The translations under genes were made by a program, and so were the position numbers. Shown here piece by piece: positions 34,484 through 46,397 of a stretch of DNA of 64,000 nt (position 1 is its first letter; each line of letters begins with the position of its first letter). The notes under the pieces were generated by a model. That model did no database searches. It was not told the origin of the DNA and saw nothing but the letters and a program-made list of their open reading frames with translations. This stretch comes from Neodothiora populina (taxonomy: Eukaryota), in assembly GCF_041146345.1 (NCBI RefSeq), contig NW_027191413.1, positions 1,674,001-1,738,000 of the forward strand, given 5' to 3'.

Positions 34484-35829
34484 ATGCCTCGATCCACACG
34501 ACAACATGACCCGTTCAACGATGCCCCTCGCCGTCCTACCTCACGAGCGAGAGTGGCAGTAGCAGCATCAACATCAGCAGGCAACCACCTCCAAGAATCC
34601 CACGGCAGCACATCACACACTTCACGGTCTGCAAATCCTGTCAGCGGAATAAGCAACCGCAATCTGTTCGGGTACGCACTCCGCCGCGCCGCCGCCCGCC
34701 AGACTCCTACTGCAGGTGCAAGTGCAGGGCCAGGGACAGGGACAAGGGCCGGAGCAGCAGCAACGACTTCTGCATCTGCGGCCAACACGGACATTCTCGA
34801 AGACTCAGAGGCAGACGACAACGCTGGGGACCATCACTATCCTACGCCCCACGTTCGGCAACGCAATCAGTTGCGGAGTCAGCGGACCATTACGACTGCC
34901 GCTGCTGCCGCTGCTACACGAGCAGCTAAATCGTCAGTGACAGCGTCGAGATCTAATGCCAACAACAGCACAAAAAGCACGACTTCGAGACGAGCGAGAT
35001 CAGCCAAAAGCCTCGCTGTAGAACCCAGCCAAGACGACAACAGAGACGAGCTTATTCACAAAAGCGAAGATGCTGAAGACGACAACGACAGTGGCGACGA
35101 CGAAGAAGAAGAAGAAGAGGAAGACGACAACGATCTAGTCATACGCGACAAGAACGGGAATTACCTGCACTCGCAACCGCTGCCGGGCGAGCAATCGGAC
35201 ACGACAATCTATCAAGACGAACGTAAGTCCACCACTCTGATCAATCTCATGTAAACCCCAACCATCATTATCACCATCATCGTCTTCGCTTCTCTACAAC
35301 TCTATAAGTCGCGATGCACCAAAGAGCGAAGAAAACCTTATGCCCAAGCCTCACTTAACCGACCGTTAACAAAGAACAGAACGAGCGAATAGCGCGCGCC
35401 TCTCGACCGCTGCGCGAGCGTTTTGGCTCTCGGGAGGCGGATGCAGTACTAGCGCCTCTTCTACTTCTCCTCCTCCTCTTGCTTATTCGCACAACACAAC
35501 CACCACCACCACCACTTCTCAAGGGCGCAATAGTCGAGTGCGCAGGCGGGAGGCGGTACCGAGGAGTCCTGGCGGTGTGGAGAAAGGTGCGTTTACCCAC
35601 TCTCTCAACCCGCAATATACAGAGCGTAGACTATGTGATTGTAGAAAAGCAGAAAAGATAGGTCACACAGCTAACACCCGGCCCGAACAAACAAGACACG
35701 AAACTCGCGGAAGAAATCATGGCCGGTCTGCGAGAGGCGGTGGATCGTAAACTGGTCGAGGAGAGGTGGTTGTTTGAACCTACTGATTATCTCGAGGAGA
35801 CGAGGTTGGGGACTCATGGTGCTTATTGA
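34484..35829 (+). CDS. Hypothetical, largely disordered protein; 3 exons; C-terminus reminiscent of APC16/Apc9
   Basis: Introns 35223-35379 and 35587-35695 give NRNLFGYALRR..LVIRDKNG..RLSTAARAFW..LAEEIMAGLREAVDRKLVEERWLFEP..*. Confidence 0.7.
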
Positions 35830-36334
35830 TGCGCTTTCTGTGCTTCCTTGCCCTTTGATTGTGGGTTCTTGGGATGCTTGTACTTCGGTACTGGGGTCTC
35901 TTGGGTTGGTTCTGCTATTTTTGTGTATGTATGTGTATATATCATAGAGCTAATCGGTAGAGGACCTTTGATGTGATTTGAGTTTGCAGCTGGCTTTTTG
36001 GGCGATGCTTTTATTTGGTTCTGTATAGGAGTATCCGTTGGCTCTTCATCTCAGCCCTCATGGATGCATCGTTCGATTCATCGCTGCGTCTCCATTGAGG
36101 GTCTTGATCCTACTATCGTCTTGGTCCAGACTGATTCTTCGATTTGACTGCTTTATTCGACTGTATCGAGCTGTAACGGAGAATTGTAAAAGTATATTTT
36201 GATCTCGTCCACGATGCTAAGCTGTACTAGAATGGTGTCCTGCTTATTGCTTCCAAGGAACCCGACGAAGAAGAAGATGGTCTCGCGATGAGCGTATTTG
36301 ACTCATCCATCCATGCATCCATATAATTCTCTCT

Positions 36335-39300
36335 CTAGTCGCTGAGTTCGAATGCATCGTCTGCAGTGCCCGTACCGGCTTTTATAACACTCGCTCCTGC
36401 GCCATTGGGTGTGCCCCCATTGAATCCCGCGCTGTACCGACCGCCTGCGAATCCATCATCTTCTTCGTCTTCGTCTTCCTCCTCGTCGTAGTCTGATGCT
36501 TCTTCATCTAGTTCGTCGCCTTCTTCTTCTGCTTCTTCATCTTTTTCAATTTCTTCGAGTTCTTCCTCGGCTTCTTCGTCTTCCTCGTCGTCAGAATACG
36601 AAGTTCCTTCGCCGTACTCGTTGTCTACCCTGGAAACATCGACCCTATCCCATCCATGTTCGTCGTCGTCGGCGTCGTCGTCATATTCGTCGTCATCGTA
36701 GTCTACCAGCTCTTGGTCTGCGTCTTCCTCGGTGCCATTGATGCTCTGCGGTATACTCTGCTGTTGCTGTTGCTGCTGAAGAAACTCCGTTACAGAAAGG
36801 TCCGCACCGTTAGACGGCAAGAAAGTACCATTGGTGTTGTCGTAATGCAAATCATCCACATGAGCAATATGATCTTCGACTTGAGCAGCAAAGTGGCTCA
36901 AAGCATTGTATTGTGCTGCCGCTGGTGGCGGTGGGGAGACACGTGGAGTTTGGACAACTTTCTGAGCGTAGATCCTTCCGACAGATCCCATAGACGGAGA
37001 GTGGCGAGATGCAGGCTGTTGCGCAGGAGTCCGTGATCGCGATTCCATCAAGTCTCTTGCTTTTGCGACTGCCTGTGTGTAGTTGTCACGCGGCAAGAAC
37101 CTGCTCTCTCGTAGTCGATAAGCGGGCACGTCTTGGGTCAAGATCGAGCTGGCGATGCTGCTGCCGAATCCGGCGCTGCTCGTTGACGCCCGCAGCCGTG
37201 CCATTTCGCGCGCGCGTTGCATCGAGGGGGTCTCCAGGGTGCGCGATAATTCTTGCCTTGACTGAGTTTCGATGTTTTGTGTCTCTGAGCGATACCATGC
37301 TGCTGATTCTGACAGAGCTTGTCGTGCAGCCCGGGCACGGGCGAAGAGAGCCTCGTCCTCCTCTTCGGTCTTCGACGGCACTCTAGATCTTGACTGTGGA
37401 CGCGAAGAAGCTGGAGACTGAGCACTAGGCTCTACTGGTGAGATCACACCCTCAGTTCCGGCTGTATTTAATAGATCGGTGTTCGCGGGTAATCGTGTTT
37501 TCCTTGCAATTGGAGACTCCACAGCGGGTTCTTCGCTGTCTTCTCTTGCACGTTTTCTGGTTGATGCAGCAGCCCCATTGGGATCGATGCCCAAAGCCCG
37601 AAGGCGGAAATAGTTGGACCTCGTCGTTGTGGCTGGAGTGCCTGCCAGGGACACCTGGGGTGTTTGTCGGCGTGCCGGAGTCGCGACGTTTGACATTGCC
37701 GTAGCTGGTTTGTTGATCTTGCTGTGCAGATCGAGACCGTTGGTAGAATTGAAAATCCCCGGAGCTGCGGATTGATCTTGTCCCGTGGAGGCATTATACA
37801 AAGGTCGGTCTTTGACGGTATCATTTGCCTTGCGAGGGGTATCATCATGAGGTCTCTTGCCATGCACCGATTTGAGGAAATTGTCAACCGCATTGTTCTC
37901 TGCAGCAATCTTCTTCTCCATCTCTCTTGCGTGTTGTCGCTTTGCAGCCCTCTGCCTCTTTTCTCTACCCTGTCTGGCAAGCCTTCGCCGCCAGCAAATG
38001 TCTCTCCACCTCTTTCCATATCTGAAAGACAATTTCTCCGCTCGAAAATTATCTGCGAGTTGTTGCAGGCTTTCCGTGTACAGCTGATCATAGACCTCTA
38101 ATATGGTCTGGCGAGCATGAAACTCAACATACTGTCGGATGAAGCCAGTATCCACATCCAACGTGACCTCTCTAGCAATATTCTGTAGAATCTGTTTCTT
38201 GCTTAACTTGGGTTCTGGAGGAGGAACTGGCTTGCTGGCCAAAGGTTCGGTCCGCGCCACCGCGTTGGACGGCGCAGCATCAGGCTTGGGCTTGGGTAAA
38301 GCAGCAAACGGTGCGCCAGAGACGCCAGAATTCAAGTTACCGAACGGATTCGTCGTGCTCTTCGCTGGAGGGTGAGGTGGAACTGCATCGCCTGGCACAA
38401 CTTCTTCTGCTGCGGCGCTGAACGACCGGGACAGCGGACTAGGTTTCTTCGGCTGATTTGGCTGCGGGAATAAACTAGGCGGGGGCTTTGATGGCTGTGA
38501 TTTTGGTGCATCAGAAGTGCCGCCCAGATTCTGGAACAGGGATGGTGGTGGAGGCGTTGCAGTCGATGGGATTGCTTCCGAAGAGCCTGTCTCAGGGGCG
38601 ATCGATTGATTCGTATTGTTGAATTTGCTGCCGTAATCACCGTTGATCGAAGAGTTGTTTCCGCCGAATACTGGATTGACATCATCCGGCACAGGAGGCG
38701 TCGTACTCGATGGCGTAGGTGCTTTATCGAACACGAATGGAGAAGTTTTGGGAGTTGATTCCCTCGCGAACAGGGAAGGGGGTGATGTTGCATCTGTTGC
38801 CGCTAGTGTAGGAGTAAAGGACTGGGAGGGCTTTGGCGGTCCTGCAAATGAGAATGGCGATGTACTCTTTTCGGCAGGAGCGGTATCATTCTTGTCAGGT
38901 TCTGAGGATTTCATGCCGAAAGAGGCACTAGCGCCAAAGCTCGCCGATGATCCGTTGGCAAGTGAGCCTTGCTGTGTGAAGCCAAAGGGTGAAGCCGGAG
39001 GCTTCGTGAAGTCGGACGATTTCCCAGCTTCGGGAGCGGTCGTCTTCTCTGCGTTTCCCTGTGCGAACACAGATGACTGTTGCTGAGTGGCAAACGGTGT
39101 AAAAGGCTTCGCAAATGGCGATATCTTCGGCGCTGAATCTGATGCGGCCGCTGAAAAGGGGGCAGAGCTGCCAGCTGAGGGCTGTGTAGGCGCAAAAGGA
39201 TTTGCAGCTGGCTTTGATGCAGATTCTATCGTTGCTTTTTGAGCAGAGACTTGGCCGAACGAGAACGGACTTGCAGCCGGAGCAGGATTGTTTGCAGCAC

Positions 39301-41504
39301 CAAAGCCTTGTGAGATTGGCGCAGCTTCGGCTGGTTTCGAGATCTGGGAGGGAAACGACCATGGATTGCTGGCGCTAGTGTCAGTCTTAGCCGGTGCAGT
39401 TGTGGTGGCGAATGGCGATGAAGTGGACATTCCCTTGTTATCAATAGTCACGAAGGGTGATGAGCCGGTTAGATTGTTGTTGTTATTGCTTGCAAAAGGT
39501 GATGTAAACGTGGACGGCTTCGAGGCTCGAGTGTCGGGCACGAACAAAGAGTCTTCATCCTCCATTTCATCACCCTCAGCTATCTCTTCGACAAGACCTT
39601 GGTTCTGGGCTTCGACAACAGTCATACCAGCTATCACAGCCGAGAGTGTCCTACCGGCGCGCTTGATCTCCACTATCCTTGCAGATAAAGTCTGGCGAGG
39701 CATGCCCTGAGTAGCTTCGGGGAAAGTCTTACCCTTCACCGAGTTCAGATCCAGGAACGGTTCGTCGACAGTGTCGAGCTCTTTGAACACAAACCCAAAT
39801 TGCTGGCAGAAATTCTCGGTTTGGTCCCAGTCATCAAAGGCAAGTAAATCAGTCAAGAGAGTCAGTGTGAAATCCGAGACTTCGTGCCTGACACCCTGAG
39901 GCCTGGAGGCGCGCCATATAGCATTCAGGGCAGTTCGTCGCATAAGATTGAAGTAAATTTCCGAGACGCACGCCATGAGATAGGAAACAGTGTTGGAGCG
40001 TACTAAGGCGAAATAGCGGTTCCAGTCCTCCTGTGCAACGGGATGCACAGCTCGCGGTTTCAGGGGGCCCTGAGGGTCGATGATGTTGCAGGCGGCATTG
40101 TAAAGGTCCAGAGCTTTTCGAATGCGAAAGTCTGATCGAAGGTCGGCGGCCCAGCCATTGACTTTCTCTTCAACGTCAGGGGTAGGGTTTTGAGCTTGAA
40201 AGATGATGCTATAAGCTCTGAATTCGGCTTCGTTGGGACAGACGAGGCGGCCTTTGGTGTCGTCGTAATACTGTCCGAGGGACAACAAGGTACGGTCGAG
40301 CTGCTCTCGTTCCTGCCAACCATCGTACTGATCATATGGCTTCTCGGAACGAGCCAGCTGGTGCAATGAAAGAATATGGAAGCGGGCTATGCGTTCATAG
40401 CAGTCGATTGCAATCTCCAAGTCCGCGGGCTTGGTGAGCTGCTGAATGGAAAAATCGTTGCGGATGGCGCGAGTGCGATCCCAGACAAAATGGTGAACTG
40501 ATCCCAAGGACTCGGCATTCGTGATGATATCGTTAAAGAGATAGTCGCAAGTGGCCTGAAAGGATGATTTCAGCGGATATGACTAGAGGCGACCAAGTCT
40601 TGTAGCAATCTACCTTGAGTACAGCAGGAGGACGCAGATCGGAAGGCAACTGTTCGTCTAATCCAGCTGCTGCTCTCCTGAATTTTTTCACCATGCGAGC
40701 CTCAGCTGGGGCGCTACTGTCGTTTCCTGGCTCCTAGAAGGTCAAACAAATCAGCAAAGCGCTCTTGTAATGTCAAGCATGTGTTCCAAGCTCTTTACTG
40801 CCCATCCCCCTCCATCATATTCCATCATCTGAGAGGGGCAAATATGGACTGACCTGTTCGGCAGCCCAGACGTCATTCTGCACAACACGTTCGACGCGCT
40901 CGAACTCAGCACACATGTCGGGACACGTTCCAATCGGGGTGATGGCTTCGGCCAGTGTACGCGGTTTGTCGGGATCGGCGAGGAAGCCATTTGCTATAGC
41001 CTCAGCGCGCTCACGCTCGCGCATCTTTTTGAGTTGCTGATAGCGATCCTGGAACGAGGCATCTTTCCCATCGTGTGTTCCTGCTCCTCCTCCCAACTTC
41101 TCTTTCCTTGCTGTCAAAGTCGCAGCCGAGGCCATGGCGCTGTTCGACGCACCGCGTCCTCCTCGAGACGCAGAGATCCCACCACCACCACGCGCACTCG
41201 ATGCTCCTGCTGCGGCTCCTGCTGCTGCTCCTGCTCCTGCTCCTCCTCGTACACTTCCATTCTGGAATGTTTTTCCATTCCCGCGTCCACGACCGCGCGC
41301 ACTGGCCTGATTGAACCCAGGACGAGGCATCCTCGTGGCACCATTATTTCCCGTCGCTGCAGGCGCCGTCGTGGTCGCTATTGCGGTCATGGCCATTGAT
41401 GGAGCGGCTCCGAAGATGGAAAGACTGTTGTTTGTATTACCGTAGTTGCCGCGACCGCGACTGGTATTACTGCTGCCTCTACCACCGCCTTTCAATAACG
41501 ACAT
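36335..41504 (-). CDS. SAC3: SAC3/GANP-family TREX-2 mRNA export factor; 3 exons
   Basis: LAEAITPIGTCPDMCAEFERVER, MVKKFRRAAAG..LPSDLRPP, FVWDRTRAIRNDFSIQ, YERIARFHI and NEAEFRAY; introns 40734-40853 and 40556-40613. Confidence 0.93.
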
Positions 41505-42616
41505 GACTGGCGCTGGATGTGTTGGCCTGTCCAGGCATTGAGTATCGTCGCGGACCCTGGTGCCTGTTTCCACATTCGAGAGTGTCTATTATTCTCACTC
41601 AGTGGTGGATGATTTTTTTTGGAGAAGATGCAGGAAACTGTAGAAGTAACAGTAACTTCCAAATGTAGCATGTGAAGACGATGAAACTGGGCTGCGTTCC
41701 TGCCCTTGCTTGCTCTTGCTTGCCATCGCTCTTGCCTTAGGGCTTGCGGCTTGTCCTTGCTGCGCTAAGCCTGTACCGGAAAGTCTACTTGCTGTGTTGC
41801 AGAGCTGTTTGCGCCAGACATGACTCATGTCGATCTGGCACTTGACTCATCCATGATCTACAGTGGACGTTCCTGTGACATTAGACGCTTGTACTTTACA
41901 AGTACCATCCAGTGCCTTGGTCACCTTGTTCAGAGTAGAAGGTACGGTACTCACAGATGTGATACAATACCTTATCTTGGGCAAGGTACCTACAAACCTT
42001 GCCATCAGTACACAAAACCGCCCTCTGTGCTTTATACTTTGCGGCATCTCTACCATATCTTCGGGTACAGGCGCAGTAGCACACTACAGTACATCTGGTA
42101 TAACGTTGTCCAGGTCTGCACTGTTATTGTGTCACTCTATAAAGCATTCGCTCATAACTCACTTCGAGAGAGGAACGGAGCTCCGCGAAGGCGAAAATAA
42201 GTATTTGTCTTTTATCATTACCGATGAAAACAGAGAACACTATGGTAAGATATCCGTTGCACCATGAAGAAAAGAAAACAAAAAAGCATTCTCTTGCACA
42301 CTTTTAACCGCGCGTCGTTTCTTCGTAAGCCTCGTCATCGTTCATTGCGTCTGAAAGGAAAAACACATCCAGTCCAAATAAGTCAAGTCAAGTCAAATCA
42401 TGTCAAATCAAATCGCTCAATAGCCACGACGCTGGGATGCATATGCGCTCGGTGGTGGCTGAACTCACAAAACGAGACGCAACCAAAATCTCCCCCTTTT
42501 TTTTCGTGAAGATGCGCAAGATTCGCTTGATCGCTCCTGCGCGCCCGATGCACAAGACCTGATCTTTTCCTTTCCTTTTCCTTTCTGGTTGTCCAATTTG
42601 CTGTCCAATTTTGCCC

Positions 42617-44823
42617 TCAAAATTGCTGATACTCTCCCGAAACGAGCTCTGCTTGAGCATACACTCCTTCAGCATTGCTCATAGGGGTCATGTATTCCAT
42701 ACCAATTGACATTCTATGTCCAGGTATTGCCGTCCCCCGTCCCTGTGGGTTCTGTGTAGAATAGCTTTCTGAGCAGAGCGGTACAGCCCCACCGTACATT
42801 TGTGTTGCACTCGGCTCTGCGCCATACATTACAGGATACGAGATATTTGTCAATGGCGCAAACAATTTCTGATCCTGGGCGTAGAACGGAGCGTCGACAG
42901 CTTGCGAGCGGATAGTCAGACCGCCGAGCATTGGATCCAGCATACCCATATCTTGACGATATACTGTATCATTTCCGCTCGTCACTTGTGTTGCCTCGCC
43001 CGAGAAGCTTGCCGGAGTGAATGTCATGTAGGGGCCGAAATTCTCTCCCCAGACTGGAGCATTGCTGATCGTCGAGTGTCCTTGCGGACTAGCATAATGA
43101 GCAAGCGGACTGAAGTAGTGAGCCGACCCCACGGAATCGCGAGGGCCGATGCTTTGCTCTGTCTTCAGACCTTGCATAGACTGCATGGATGTTGGGCTGA
43201 GGACACTGGAGTCGCTTTCTGTTGGTGCGACAACAATCCAAGGAGAGTTCGGTATGGCAGAACTCGACTGGCCACTACTCACGTCCACCTCACGAACTTT
43301 CTGAATACTCTGTGTACGCGTCTTGTGGACCTCGAGTACCTTACTTTCCGAGATGCCTTGCCTTTCGTCAAATTTTGGCGATTCTGTGAGCTCATGCGAG
43401 GGACTGGTAGAGGTGGTGACTGTCGGAGCCGTGCTTATTGGTGTGGTACTTCGCTCTACGGGGTCTGCTTCAACCAGCTCGCTGACAATCGAATTATTGG
43501 GACGCGTGCGTCGCGAACGAGCATCTTTGGGATGCAACAGCTTGACATCTCCGGTGAATGTGAGCATTGTCCTGCCATCTATTCTTCCGTTAAAAGCTGA
43601 TCAAAAGCACAAAAGAAATGTACATACCATTGCCACCCTGAAGATACTCTTGCTCGGCCAGGGCGACCTTGTAAATGTCGTTTAGATATTGCACTCGCTG
43701 TTTCGTCTTTTCACCCGTACTCCCAGGAACCTCGGCTAGTTTTTCGGCTGGAAAGACCTCCTGAAGGAATTGTATCCAGTCTCCGGACATGATGAGTTTT
43801 GGTACCTCGCATGATTCGCCATTGGATTGCTTCCATTCTTTCGGCCCCCAAGCGATACGGATCAGATGCACCAGGAGATAAGTGCGTTCTGCAGAAATTA
43901 GATACGAGAAAACCCAGAACATCTTCTAAACCTACCGTTCTTATCGAGATGGTCGGGTTCTTTATGTCTGCACACATCGAGACCTGGCCAGAAAATAGGG
44001 ACTCTTGGTGGACCGGCATGCCTTGGCCTGCGCCGCGGCTGATCGGGTCGAGGATTACAGTCCACGTAGGGGTAATTGGCCTGTTTTTTGGGACATATCG
44101 CTTTGATCCAGGCTTTGGCGATGACTTTTCCTGCCGACTGTTGTATCTGCATGAACCTGGTGTAAAGGAAGGCCTGGACTTTCTCTTTGTCGTTCACCCG
44201 AAATGAAACACTGGGAAGGTCTTGAGGTCTTCTGATTTCTTCCCAATCGTCATCGGAGTCAGACTCGTCATCGACAAATTGTTTACGCTTTCTCGAGGCA
44301 GATTTTGATGGCGATGTTGACTTTGGCTTTGGTTGGAGCCTTGACGACCGAGGTTTCTGCTGCCATTTCGTCTTTCCCTTTGGATTTGATTGTTTTAGAA
44401 TATTAGACTTGGCTTGCGAGGGAACAAGCTCGCTTTGCTCTGATGATATCTCGCACACGGTATTGGACCGACTGGCAATTTGCATACACTTCTCACGCTC
44501 AGAATGTGACAAGTTACTCCAATTGCCAATTATGACTTGTAGCCATTCGTTTGACTTGGATGCTTCACTTTTCAAGCTACATTGTTCATCGAGAGCATCC
44601 GATGTAGTCAACCCAGCGTACTTCACTCCTGTTCCACGCATCTGTGATCTCCAATACATTGCTTCAGGCCCTTGCTGTGTATCTCGTTAGCCGTCATATA
44701 TATGAGTATCTCGGCGTAACAACGGGTTCGTACCGAATCGAACGAGGAAGCAGAGTCGGCATTGATCCGCCCAGTGTCAGATTGTTTTCCATATTGCGGT
44801 CGAAGGCGAGAATTTGCTACCAT
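42617..44823 (-). CDS. DUF2841 / YDR124W-like protein; 4 exons
   Basis: IQQSAGKVIAKAWIKAICPKKQANYPY, FWP..VCRHKEPDHL.K.ERT.LLVHLI; introns 44675-44733, 43889-43935 and 43579-43627 restore one frame. Confidence 0.85.
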
Positions 44824-45186
44824 GGTTCTCGGTCCGATTCCTCGTAAGAGTCAGTTAGTGAAAGTGGTATATTGATGAACAGTATGAAAGACAGTATTAT
44901 TGCCCTAGGTTTACTAGCGGCGCGCCGTTCGTGAAGAATCCTGGGGACAAGCTCAACGGACGCTGTCATAAGCTCAAGGTGTTTCCCGTACCCGTTGCTC
45001 GTGTGGCAGTCAGTGCGCTCGCTTCGTCACTGATGCTAGATGATTTGGTAAAGAAATAACGCGTCCGTGGGTATCATCACTGTGTAAAGAATAAGGAAAA
45101 ATTCTCCGTAAGCCTTTTTGCAGGAGGATGTGGAGCCAGTTGAAGGAGGCTCAAGGGACCTGCTGCTCTGCACGGTCTGCGAAGAT

Positions 45187-45201
45187 GGGGGGGGGGGGGG
45201 G
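45187..45201. repeat. G15 homopolymer
   Basis: Direct reading; intergenic, about 365 nt upstream of the DUF2841 start. Confidence 0.9.
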
Positions 45202-46397
45202 AGTGCGACAGTAGATAGGCCGTGAAGACACGACGATTGGTTGCACAGCGATTGCAGCTGTTGAAGAAACTACTGTAAGAAGCACGGGACTATCGAGGTC
45301 GACGAGGAATGATAGGCTGACGCGAGCGTGATGTGCGGGGTTCGTGAAGATGGACTTCTGGGGGGGAGAGGGTTGTGCTCAGGCTCCGTCTCTCTCTGAC
45401 TTGTGAATGTAGGACCGTTCGGTCTTGTCACGACGGAAATTTCTTGGGCGTCGGGAGGAGCGGGCGGACAGTTGTCTGGAAGTTGTGACTGGAGGCAAGT
45501 GGCACAGCTTAAGAGGCCACAGAGGTGGATGACCCGGAAGACAACAACGTCAGATCTTACACCCACACTACCTTCCATCTCGAACATGCTACGGGATCCG
45601 ATCGTGAAGATGCCTTAGTGCAGGGTCGAGCACGTCGTAGCCGACGCTTCTGGATAAATAGCACCACCTAATCATCGACCGAATCCTTGGTGTCCACACA
45701 TATGGAGAATTCATGCATAGGTATAGTGGGCTCAGATACAGCGAACAAGGGGTCCACCGCAGGGTATGATCGATGCTACAGGGATACAACGCTCGCGAGG
45801 TTTTGACTGGCTCTCAGCGTAGCTTAGCTGCGGATGGAACGCGTGCCCCGCCTGGTCCTGGCTGGCCTAGGGGCGCGCTCGGGCATCCATCCGCAAGCGA
45901 CTCGCCAACGGTTTGCTGCTTTCGCAATGGTGTAGTACCCATTTGCGGGTCATCTTCATGCATACCCGTTTGGTGCTCTCGATCACAACAGCGGCTGCGG
46001 CGCTCGTGTGCCGGGTTTGCTTGATTGCGCACTCTCAGCCCCGGCTTGCCTCATACGATTAATATTACATATATGCCCGTGTGAGCGCATGATCAAGCAG
46101 CTCGATAGACGGACACCAGCCAATGGCATTACCGTGGTGGATCATGTGTACTGCGGCAATCGATCTGCAATATTATATGGGGATGCAATCGATACGCGAA
46201 ACCAGCGTCGGGTCAGATCGAGAGAGCCTACGAACCGCAATCTGTGTGCAGCACTGTGGAAAGCAAGCAGCGGCTTAACTCTGATGCACACCGAAAACCC
46301 GGCTGCATGGCTGTGATTTTGCAGATGCTTATTGTTTCGTATTTACCGTCACTGCATCTTTGCGCTACAAGTACATTACCCCCATGTACCTATTGTG

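Noticed and set aside
45010..45080. C/D-box snoRNA-like pattern on the minus strand (GTGATGA...GTGACGA...CTGA)
   Set aside because: I could not identify an rRNA or snRNA-complementary guide or a proper D' box; snoscan would be needed.
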